The position numbers were made by a program, and so were the translations under genes. A DNA stretch of 64,000 nt, taken from assembly GCF_009914755.1 (NCBI RefSeq), contig NC_060926.1. One strand, given 5' to 3'. Shown here one piece after another: positions 31,313 to 43,818 of this stretch (position 1 is its first letter; each line of letters opens with the position of its first letter). Under the pieces are notes generated by a model. That model saw only the letters and a program-made list of their open reading frames with translations, had not been told where the DNA came from and searched no databases. The stretch is from the human T2T-CHM13v2.0 reference genome, Homo sapiens.

Positions 31313-31774
31313 TACATACCTCCCTCACACTTTGCCCACAAGAAAATTCCTTGTGAGACTCAAGATTTTTACCCTAAAACAGTTATGCTGTATTTTACCT
31401 TGGCAATGTAAATTGGTAGCTAATCTTCACAGGTGCTGGATAAAGGACTGATGTCACAGTCATTCCCCTGCTCACCTGAGACAAATGCATATCTGATTGC
31501 TTCCTCTGCCTTATTGTTTATGTACAAATCACTGAGCCAGACTAAGGCATAAGTGACTATTCTTCTACCCACCTCTCACATGTAAATTGTGTATTCAGTG
31601 AAAGGCTAATCAGAGACTCAAAAGAATGCAACTCTTTGTCTCTTATTTACCTCTGATCCCTCCTGCCTTTCTGGAGTGAACCAATGTACATCTTACACAT
31701 ATTGATTGATCTCTTATATCTCCCTAACGTGTATAAAACCAAGCTGTGCCCTGACCCCCTTGGGCACATGTCAT

Positions 31775-31971
31775 TGTAACTGCCCAGTGGGTTCACCTTG
31801 CCTGCTGCCTGGCCAGAGCCGATTTATCAAGACAGGGGAATTGCAATAGAGAAAGGGTAATTCATGCAGAGCCAGCTGTGCAGGGGATCGGAGCTTTATT
31901 ATTACTCAAATCAGTCTCCCCGGTTAGGTGTCTTTCACTGTCTCAGTCATAATTTTCCAACGGCAGTGTCA
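31775..31971 (-). mobile_element. Internally deleted LTR8-like LTR
   Basis: Both termini present (tgtaactgcccagtgggttcac...; ...ctcagtcataattttccaacggcagtgtca) with 4-bp TSD tcat. Confidence 0.75.
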
Positions 31972-32197
31972 TCATCAGGACCTCCAGAGGCTTTATCATG
32001 GGCACGTCCTTAAACCTGGCAAAATAAACTTTCTAAATTGATTGAGACCTGTCTCAGATACTTTCTGGGTTCACAGGAGTGGTGAAAATGTTCTAAAATT
32101 AGATTGTGGTGATAGTTGCCAGTCCTGTGAATATACTAAAAACCACTGAATTGTAAACTTTAAAACAAAGGTGAACGGTATGGTATGTGAATAGTAA

Positions 32198-32512
<315 letters not shown>

Positions 32513-32965
32513 ACTTTTTTTTTTTTTTTTTAAAGTAAAGAAAGAAGTTGGAAGGAAAGCTACTGAACTCAGCTTTAGAAAGGCTATAAATAGTAATTGG
32601 AACTATGGAAGGGGATAAAGTTACAAAAGATGAAGACAAGCATGGAAAGTTATAGAATCATGGGTACATTCACACTCTAGCACATTATCCTGAAATTCTA
32701 TATTGAAATAAACTGAGCTCTTAAGTTTTTTAATACAAGCTGAAATTTCCCTTTGCTTTTCACTTTCTTGTTAAAAAGATACTTGATTTCTTTATCACAA
32801 CCGATATTCAATGGATTGTTAATTTTAACAACTTAATTGTCATTCTCACATAGTAAAAGAATAACAAACTTTGTATATATATATAAATGCAACCCATTGT
32901 CTCTTATCTACCTGTGATCTCTCCTACCTTTCTGGAGTGAACCAATGTACATCTTACACATATTT

Positions 32966-33115
32966 GTCTCTAAATATATATATATATTTATATATAAATA
33001 TATATATTGATTGACCTCTCATGTCTTTATATATTATATAATATATATTTATATATAAAGACATGAGAGGTCAATCAATATATTTATATATAAAAAAATA
33101 TATATATTTAGAGAC
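32966..33115. repeat. ~150-bp imperfect AT-rich palindrome
   Basis: gtctctaaatatata...tatattgattgacctctcatgtctttatata pairs with tatataaagacatgagaggtcaatcaatata...tatatatttagagac. Confidence 0.92.
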
Positions 33116-33129
33116 TCTATATATATGTA

Positions 33130-33389
33130 TTTAGAGACAGAGTCTCATTGTTACCCGGGCTGGAGTGATCACAGCTCACTGTAACCTCAAACTCCTGGAC
33201 TTAAGTGATCTTCCTGCCTCAGCCTGCCAAGTAGCTAGGACTACAGGCGTGCGCCACCATGCTGGCTAATTGTTTAATTTTTTTGTAGAGACCAGCCCAG
33301 GCTGGTGTCAAATTCCTTGCCTTGAACAATCCTCTCGCCTTGGCCTCCCAAAGCCCTGGGATTACAGGCCTGAGCCACCCTGCCTGGCC
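33130..33389 (-). mobile_element. Alu (AluJ)
   Basis: Antisense Alu with deletions; the tail is replaced by the AT-rich palindrome. Confidence 0.9.
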
Positions 33390-34102
33390 GTATTTTTAAA
33401 ACCTTTATCTGGAAATGATGTTAAAAGAGTTACTTTCAAACACCAGTGAGAGGAAAACACTTCTCCTCTATGACTGGCTTCTCTCTGAAGGTTTATGAAA
33501 GTTTGACCTATTTGTAGGACATGGGGGTAATTGAATAGGGTGTACATTAAGATGAATGAGTTTAAAATTGTGAGGTTAACCCCAGCCTCACAATGAGTCA
33601 AACAATGGAGAATAGCTTGTTTCATGGAGCTGAAGCTTTTGTTATTTTTGTTGGTTAAAGATTCAAATTGATTACATGGAGGCTGCAAGCAGATTCTCTA
33701 GCAAATTGGCATCCTGGGGAGAGCCAGGTACTTTGAAAATTTCTAATTAGGAGAAGTTAAAGGTTATATAAGCCCAGCTGCCAAACTGACTGCCTGACCT
33801 TAAAATCCAAACAGAATCTACCTTCCTTTCCTTCCTTCTTCTCCTTAGCCAAGACCTTACCTAGAAATGAATTTTAAAATGCAAACAGGAACTTCTGTGA
33901 TAAACCAAGTCTAAGAACTAGAAGGAAGCTTATTAGTTACAGTTGAACAGACTCTAATGGCTATTCAAAGTCTTTAAGCATTCACAGCCTTAAGTAGTCA
34001 CACATTTGGCTTCAGTTTCAACTAATCCAGCTAGAGGACAAAAACATTCAGTAAATTATACCGTATCCATAGAATTTTTGTTCCTTAAGCATATTTACTG
34101 CA

Positions 34103-34481
34103 TGTATTAGTCTGTTCTCACACTGCTATAAAGAACTACCTGAGACTGGGTAATTTATGAAGAAAAGAGGTTTAATTGACTCACAGTTCTGCAGGCTTAA
34201 CAGGAAGCATGACTAGGAGGCCTCAGGAAACTTACAATCATGTTGGAAGGTAAAGGAGAAGCAAGCATCTTCCTCACATGGTGGCAGGAGAGAGAAGGAG
34301 CAAAGGGGGAAGTGCCACACACTTTTAAACCATCAGATCTCGTGAGAACTCACTATCATGAGACCAGCATGGGGGAAATCCACCCCCATGATCCAATCAC
34401 TTCCCACCAAGTCCCTCTCGTAACACTGGGGATTACAACTCAACATGAGATTTGGGTGTGGACACAGAGCCAAACTTATCA
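34103..34481 (-). mobile_element. MSTA/THE1-like MaLR LTR
   Basis: tgtattagtctgttctcacactgctataaagaactacctgagactgggtaattt...gacacagagccaaacttatca; 5-bp TSD ctgca/ctaca. Confidence 0.92.
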
Positions 34482-36391
34482 CTACATTTTTAGAAACAGG
34501 ATAATTTAGGTATGGAGTTATAGATCCTATGGAAAAATCTAGTCAAGACCACGATGAATATGACTTAATTTTATAAATGATGTTTATACTCCTGCCAAAA
34601 AAAAAAAAAGCCAAGTAGATCATTGATTTCTTACAAGTTATTTTACCAATTGTGGTTTAGAAAATATTTCTAATCCAATTGTCACCTATCTTTACCTGTA
34701 GAAACAAATGTGGTCACACACTTTACCTGTAGAAACAAATTTAGGTCACACATTGTATAAATTATAATGGGATTCAAATTTTATTTTCTTTAAACAGTAG
34801 CTATTTTTCTTCAAAATGGTCCTGGTTATTTCTGGGAGTCCCTGAACATATGCTTTCCTCATATTCACAAACCAATCTATCAGCTTTAATCACTACTAGA
34901 ATCATCCACCCACTTAATTAATAGGTACTGAGTGCATACTATGTGAGAGGATACAACAGAGTCCTACAGAAATCTCTGTCCTGGCCCTCTTGGAGCATCC
35001 CTAGTATTTTTTCTTGTCTGCTCCAGTTCTCATCTGTCAACATGAAGTCCTGGCAAGCAGCTGGAAGAAATTTTTATCACTGCCTTCACTGAGGAAGTCC
35101 ACTGCGAAACACTTGACCAAGAATGTGCTGAGAATACTGTCTCCCAATGTCTCCAAAGTCCCCATCACATGTGCCAGAACAATACTGGATTCCACAGGGA
35201 GGTGGGAAAAAATGGCCCTCTCCAACTCTGTGTCACTCTTTGACATCTGGGCCCCAAAGCAAGTCCTGTTCATGAAAAAAAATATTCTGTAGTTCTAGGG
35301 GCTCACAATCCACCCAATGGCCTCAGTGTCATGTTATCGTCTCCATTATCCTCATCACCCCTCTTCCCTGCCCCAAGCTATTACCAAACAAAAGCACCCA
35401 GCAATGTCAATGAGAGAAAATGTACAGTGGGTGCTGGTGGTTGTTTTTATACTAGGAGTGTCTGGACGCCAGCTGAAATGGCCTGTGACATTGTGTAGCA
35501 TAATTCAAAAGTTTGGCCAGCAATCCTGCATACAAAATGCAACCACTTGAAGGTTTTGCCCAGAGCTATGGCAATAAAGTGCATAGCAGCAGTTCAGTGA
35601 ACTTTCTCCATTCTTCAGCCTGCGCAAAGCACTGGCTGATGTAGCCAGATATTGTTGTCCATGGCTTTAATTATTTAGAAGTAGATATGAATAATAGGGA
35701 GCTTGAAGTTGTCTAGAGCTTGGTGTGGTGCTGGCTCAAAATAGCAACTAATTCCTATGTAAGTTTAAAAGAGCTTGGTATGGGTAACCTCTAGAAGATC
35801 CCAAGCCAAGTAGAAAATGTGGTCAGGAAAAGGATTCAGCCCTTGAATATTGAGAAATCATGTTGTCACAGAGAACACGTGACAACTTCCATGTGCAAAC
35901 AAAACATAACAGATACCAGGCCATTCAGAAACTGTTACTGAGGGACTTGCTCTTGGAAGGCTGAGGATAAATTAAAATAAATCCAACCAACACCAAGTCT
36001 GACTTGACACGTAGGTGAGGCAGAAAGCTGAAAAAAAAAAAAAAAAAAACTTCCAGAATTGGAGTCTTGGATAATTTTAAATGGTCTCATTCAAAAGTTC
36101 CTATTCTATAGTAAAAAAGAGTTCAACATAGGGCTATGATATTTCTAAAACAGGACTTGAATGTGGATCAGATGGCTGAAATTTTGATATTTCTAGTATT
36201 TTGCTCAGTTTTGTTCTTCCCATCATTTAAATGACCTCAAAGGAAATGTTTACGATCACTAAAGATTTCTAATGCCCAAGAATAGGTCAATTCTCAGCCC
36301 AGGGCTTGACAAATTAGCAATTAATTATTGTTTTTATTTTTAAAATATTTATTTAAAAGGCAATGCATATTTGTTTTAGATAATTTTTTTA

Positions 36392-37215
<824 letters not shown>

Positions 37216-38653
37216 AGTTAAATAAAGGAATGTGTCTCTCACTTCAGAAAGACATGGTGATAAAGATCTTGCCTCATTCTCTTATTTTCCTTTATTTTCT
37301 CTTTCCTTTTCATAAGTGCCACTTAATCCTAAGGGAAGAAAAAAGAAATACTTGTTTGGTTTTCAGAATGTTCCTCAAAGGTACATGAATTCTGCAAGTT
37401 ATGAACACCAATCTTATAAGCACCCATACCTTACAAATAAACTGCTCATTTATATGTAAAAATTAACTATCCTGAAAGTGGGAAGACAGTCCCTTTTAGA
37501 TGCTGGAGATGGAAAAATATACTCCTCATATCTCCCTTTGACTAGTCATTGATTCATGCATTCACATATGTATGAGTCCACACATTAGTTCATGCTTGCA
37601 TCCATGTATACACTTATCTAAGTCAGATAAGTTCTGGGTACCATGCTGATCATTATGGTTGTGGAAGTGAAATACAGTCTCTGCCTTCAAGAAGATCACA
37701 GTGTAACTTAGTGGAAAGACAGAACAGGAAACCAACAGTTATAGAGTGAGAAAGTGCTACTTTCAGGTTCATGCAGAGCTCCTGAAGAGCAACAGGGTAG
37801 GATTGGCACATATGTGAGAGTGGGCTGCAGACAATGCCAGAAATCTGGTTCTGGGAGGGACCAGGCAACTATCACATCTAACCCAGTTGGGGAGGAGGTG
37901 AGTAAAAGACCTCAGGACTGGGAACCCTGAAGGGTACTCTTTGGCTAGAAGTTATATGCAGCAGAAAGTTCCATTTTGTAAGTATTGTTTTGTTTTACTC
38001 TTAGTTTTTTAATGAAAATTCCTAAGTGAAGAAAATCTCAACCTTGTCTTTGGATAGGATTTTTATCCCATCTATTAAAACTGCCAGAGATTCAGTGCCT
38101 CTGTACCTGTGGGTTGGCAGCTGAACTATTTTACCTTGTTGACATAGAGGAGCCCCATGGAGATGAGGCAATCATGGAAGCTATAAGAAGCCAAGAGGGT
38201 GAGAAAAGAGTCAGCTCTAGAATTAACAGTCATCTCATTTCTTGGTATTTATCGTAAGTATGAAATTTATCCTGAGTCAGAGCGGTGGACAAATATTTGT
38301 CCTCAAAGATGTTTACTGAAAATGTACATGGGTCAAACTTGGAAACAATCTGAATGTCTGCCCAAAGGAGATAAATACATTATGGTAAGTCCATGAAATG
38401 GAATGATATACAGCCATGAAATGGAATAGTCCATGAAATGAAATAATATACAGCCATTAAAATCATATTTTCAAAAATTGGTAAGATAGGAAAATTTTTG
38501 TAGTGAAATATTAAGTCAAAAAAGAATGATAGAGTATGAACCTACCTTCATACCGATGATGAATTTTATATATGTGTATCTCTGTATACACATACATATA
38601 TACATACAGTTTCATTTACATACAAATACTCACAAATATCTATGTATATTTTC

Positions 38654-39020
38654 TGTCAGGGTAAGGTAATTATGCTACATTAAAAACCTGATAATCTCTG
38701 CTGCTTACAACAACAAGGCTTATTTCTCCTTTATACTGCCTGTCCATCTTGAGTCATCAGGGTTGCTGTAATCTTCATAGATACTCAGGAATACATAAAG
38801 ATGACAGACGCTTCATCTCAAGACAAGCTTCCATGATTGCAGAAATGAAGAACAGAGAACATGGAGACCCACGAGCAGGTTCTTAAAGCTTTGGCCCAGA
38901 AGTGACACTCATCAATCCTCCTCATGATTCATTGTTCACAGGAAGTCACATGGCCTCATCTGTGTTCAACAGGACAGGGAAGGGCACCAAGTATTTGTGA
39001 GCAATATTACAGTCTACAAC
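38654..39020 (-). mobile_element. Old MaLR LTR (MLT1J/K-like)
   Basis: gcttacaacaacaaggcttatttctc...cttaaagctttggcccagaagtgacac...aagtcacatggcc. Confidence 0.65.
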
Positions 39021-40699
39021 ATCTATATATCTAAATATTAAGGAGAGGGAGGTAGGGATGAGAAAGAAACTCACTAAAAGAAGTTATTATCACAGGGTGG
39101 TGAGCATACAAATAATTTAAATTTTTTCATATACTTCTCAATATTTCTGATTTTTATAAACAAACATGTATTACTTTTACTGCTTGTTTTCTTTATTTCT
39201 CTGAGCGATATGTTAATATAGTCTGTAAATAACTGAAACACTCTAGAAGTAAGTATAATGTAAAACAAAATACCCCCTTCGTATCATATCACCCGACTCT
39301 AATCCCAACCCCCCAATTCCCACCCCTAGAAGTAATCACTGACTATAGCCTGGTGTATATACTTCCAGATTGTCTTTGTATATGCATTCACAAACATGAA
39401 TATGAATATACATGAATTTCTCTTAGGAGAGAAAAAATTAAAAACAGCATGAAAATTAATCAATATGCATGCTACTTTAAAAAACTATTTTCTTATAAAG
39501 AATGCGTAATTCATCCATACCAGTTCAGTGTTCTCAACAGCTCCCGCCCAACTCATGAACTCATCTGCAAGCAACCCATGCTGTCCGCTTCTCTGTGCAT
39601 TTCCTTTCCTTCTGGGAGTTTTTTCAGCTTTCTGCATCTGTCTTACCTGTTCTCCATTGCTGACTTTTCACTTCGGAGTCTCACTTCACATTGTTACCAC
39701 CTTGGCTCCCTGACCCTGGCTGGGGGCCATGTTTTCCTGTGGCCCAATAACTTCTAGCCAGCACTGCCTGCTCACAGCCCTGGTGCCAATGTCACCAGCC
39801 CAGCTGCTCACCTACCTGGGAAAGGTGTGTGTGATGGGGGTTGTTGGCCTTACATGATAAGACTAGGAGCTATTTGGCACCTAAGCTTACTACACTTAAG
39901 GGAAGCTTGAAATAATGACTCATGTGGTGGGGTGTTGGAGTGCATGTGGTTTGAACAAACATATCCAGTATTATGATTTTCATTTGGAAAATAATAAATA
40001 AGCCTTCATTTTTGTAAAATTAAAGCTTGGAGACAAATTATAGCAATATCGTTAACAATAGGGGAAACTGGGTATGGGGTAATGGGAATTATCTGTGACT
40101 CTTACAATTTTTCTTTGTCTAAAACTATTCTAAAGTTAAAAGTTTATTACTAAAAATCTCTAAAGCTTGCAAAATCTTATTGACTGGTGGGGATACTCAG
40201 AAGTCACAGGGATTCCCAATCAGGGGTACAGCCTTTGACACTGTGTGTAGAAAACCCAAATATATAACTTTGTTGGCAACCATTACATGGACTAAAAATT
40301 CAGAAATAATCAGAAAAGTAATGTGAACTGGAATATACACTGCATAGAGGGAAATCCTCAGTGTGAACTAGCAAAGGAATGAAATTTAGATTTAGATGAT
40401 AGGTTTCTATACTTTATTATTTATACCCATTTACTTTCAAAAGAGGTATGAAAATTGCTTACAACAAAACTTCATATTCAATGGAATAGTTAATAATATT
40501 GGGAAAAGGCAGAATAGCATTTTTCAACGTATGTTTCATAAAATAGAGATGTTACACGAAAAATAAAGTCTATGTTCAAATAAACTTGAGAAATGTTTAA
40601 ACCAAATGAAAACAGTATTTCCTCCTTTCAGAATTTTGCTTCCAATGAACATGGTGAATAAACCAGAGAAGGAGGTGTATGCAATCCTCCCTGACTGCA

Positions 40700-41112
40700 G
40701 CATCCTTTCTGCAATGATGAAAATGTTGTATAAGCTGTTAGCCACATTTAGCTATTGAACATTTAAATCGTAGCTAGCGCAACTGCACAACTGATTATTA
40801 AATTTTAATGTAAATTTAAATAACCCCAGTGACTACAGTCAACAATAATTTATAGTACATTTTAAAATAACTAAAAGAGTATAATTGGAATGTTTGTAAC
40901 ACAAAGAGATGATAAACGCTCGAGGCGATGGATACTTCATTTACCCTGATGTAATTATTACACATTCAATTGTATGCCTGTATCAAGATATCTCATGTAC
41001 CCCATAAGTATATACACCTACTATGTACCCATCAAAATTAAAAATTAAAAATAAACAAATACATAACCACATGTGGCTAGTTTAAATTACCCAATATGTT
41101 TGGATAGCACAG
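40700..41112. mobile_element. MER3-like MITE interrupted by an L1MA 3' fragment (~40828-41060, +)
   Basis: ttctgcaatgatgaaaatgtt...tagccacatttagctattgaac | gtgactacagtcaacaataattt...tatgtacccatcaaaattaaaa | aaccacatgtggctagt...tggatagcaca. Confidence 0.75.
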
Positions 41113-41174
41113 AAGGAGAGCACCCCAAGGGCCAGACTTTCAAAGAACACACTCTGGGAAGCATTTATATAGAG

Positions 41175-41862
<688 letters not shown>

Positions 41863-42679
41863 TATAGAAAGAGTGTGGGGGCTGGGGGAGGGGATAAGGA
41901 CAAGAAGGCAATAAATTCCAGGAACCTGGGCCTTTAATGAGTTTGATAAGAAAACTGGTGAGAGTTCAAACTGTTTATTACACACACTTACCTTAGGAAG
42001 ACATGGAAACGTTTAAATAGAATCGATCTTTGGAAGTGAGTAGTTGTAGCAAACAAAATGGGGGTACCAGTCTTATCCCCTGAAACGTGGCTAATTATAA
42101 TAGTTACCCATTTAAGTACAACTTAATAGTATAAATTAATATAAATTGGCTAATATGGTTCCCAGGGCTAATTCTTTACAGATGAAATAAACTGGAAAAT
42201 GAAATGAGAGAGAATGTCATTTTCCACAGTATTGGTCTATAAAGTGTGGTACTTTAATTTTCTATGGCTCAGAAGCCATTTCAAAATATGATCAAATTCC
42301 TTTCCACATTCATTCTTGAGTTTCCACTTCCTGACTTTCTTCCTGTCTTATAATTCAGGAGTTATAACTCCAGGATTTATTTTCCCTCCCACATTAGTGG
42401 ACTTCAAATCCATTAGGCACCTCTCTTTGTCTCCACAACACACCTGGTTTCTCCTCTTCCTTTCAATGTGATCTTAGAGGCTCACATTTTGAATGATTTT
42501 CCTACCCTTATGTCCATCTTATCTCCTTTCGATTTTGTCCAGCAGAAAGTATACTATAATATGTAATGGGAAGTGGGAAGCAAAGGTAATTTAATCAGAG
42601 GCTGGTTTTGCCTATCTTTGACTCCCCCTTCACTACACGGCAAAGTTCTCTTGCTACTTAGTTACACAGTTACTTGTTA

Positions 42680-43106
42680 TAGCATCCAGAGATTTTTAAT
42701 TAAAAAGGCTTTACTTGGGGCGTTACCAATGATAGGAACACAATTTAACAATGAAAGAAATCATTTGTGTTCGTATAACACTTATCCTGAAAGAATTTCA
42801 AAGTGCTCTAGAAATATTACCCAGTTCTAATTTCCACAGCCAACACCCTTGCCTTCTGTTTTCTAAGGGAAAGAGGAATTTCCAGTATCTTGTTCCCAGT
42901 TGGAAAATAAAGGGTGCGTGCTTCCCAATCACAGACAGGCAAGGCGAATCCGGTTACTCCCTTTCCCTTCCCCAACCGCAGCTCCTGCAGAGTGTAACCC
43001 TTTGCGTTCTGTGGCTGGGATAAAGTGCATTCTGATTCATAATTGGTCCCTCAGGGTGCCTGTTTTGCAGCCAACCGATGTTCTTGGATCTTGAATGGTT
43101 AACAGC
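42680..43106 (-). other. ANKRD44: Candidate distal alternative terminal exon (probably ANKRD44)
   Basis: Minus strand: branch-like TTAAC, a 23-nt pyrimidine tract (43121-43143), first AG at 43108-43107, exon starting GC TGT TAA; AGTAAA (42715-42710) and ATTAAA (42700-42695) about 400 nt downstream. Gene assignment is inferred from orientation and recalled gene order. Confidence 0.5.
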
Positions 43107-43456
43107 CTGAGTTGCCATTTAAAAAAAGAAAAGAAAAGAAAAAGTGTGCAATTATGTTAATTGTTGCATTTTTCGGTAAAAAAGAAAGTGCAATTATGTT
43201 AATTTTCTCAAAATGGGGGATGGGGAATGCTCAAGTAAGGAAAATATTTGCAGAAATATGATACCAATGCAAACCGGTACAAACTAGTTCTTTAAAAAAC
43301 TAACTATACAAATAATCGTATGCAATAAACAATGTAGGACTCAATTTCATACAATGGCAACAAAAGCTGATCCTACATTAGGAAAGAAACTCAACTGATA
43401 GAAATGCTGTCATTAAGAATCTGAAAAACAATTCTCACAGGTTTATGCTATCTTCT

Positions 43457-43570
43457 CGATATAGTTTGGATATTTGTCCTTGCCCAAATCTCATGCTGAA
43501 TTGTAATCCCCAATGCTGGAGGTGAGGTGGGAGGTGTCTGGGTCATTGGGGTGGATCCCTCATGGCTTGG

Positions 43571-43608
<38 letters not shown>

Positions 43609-43818
43609 TGCTCTTGCTCTGGCCATGTGACATGCCTGCTCTCCTTTTGCCTTCCACCATAACTGTAAGCTTCCTGAGGCTTCCCTAGAAGCTGAGCAGA
43701 GGCCAGCACCACACTTCCGGTAAAGCCTGCAGAACCATGAGCCAAATAAACCTCTTTTCTTTGTAAATTACCCAGCCTCAGATATTTCTTTATAGCAATG
43801 CAAGAACGGCCTAATACA
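43457..43818 (+). mobile_element. MSTB-like MaLR LTR containing (CT)n at 43573-43604
   Basis: gatatagtttggatatttgtcc...tatagcaatgcaagaacggcctaataca; TSD cttct. Confidence 0.92.

Larger units (their letters stand above)
31122..32075 (+). mobile_element. MER4A-like ERV1 LTR
   Basis: gccaaagggaaaagtcaagctg...gaaccaatgtacatcttac...cttgggcacatgtc...aaaataaactttctaaattgattgagacctgtctcaga. Confidence 0.82.
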
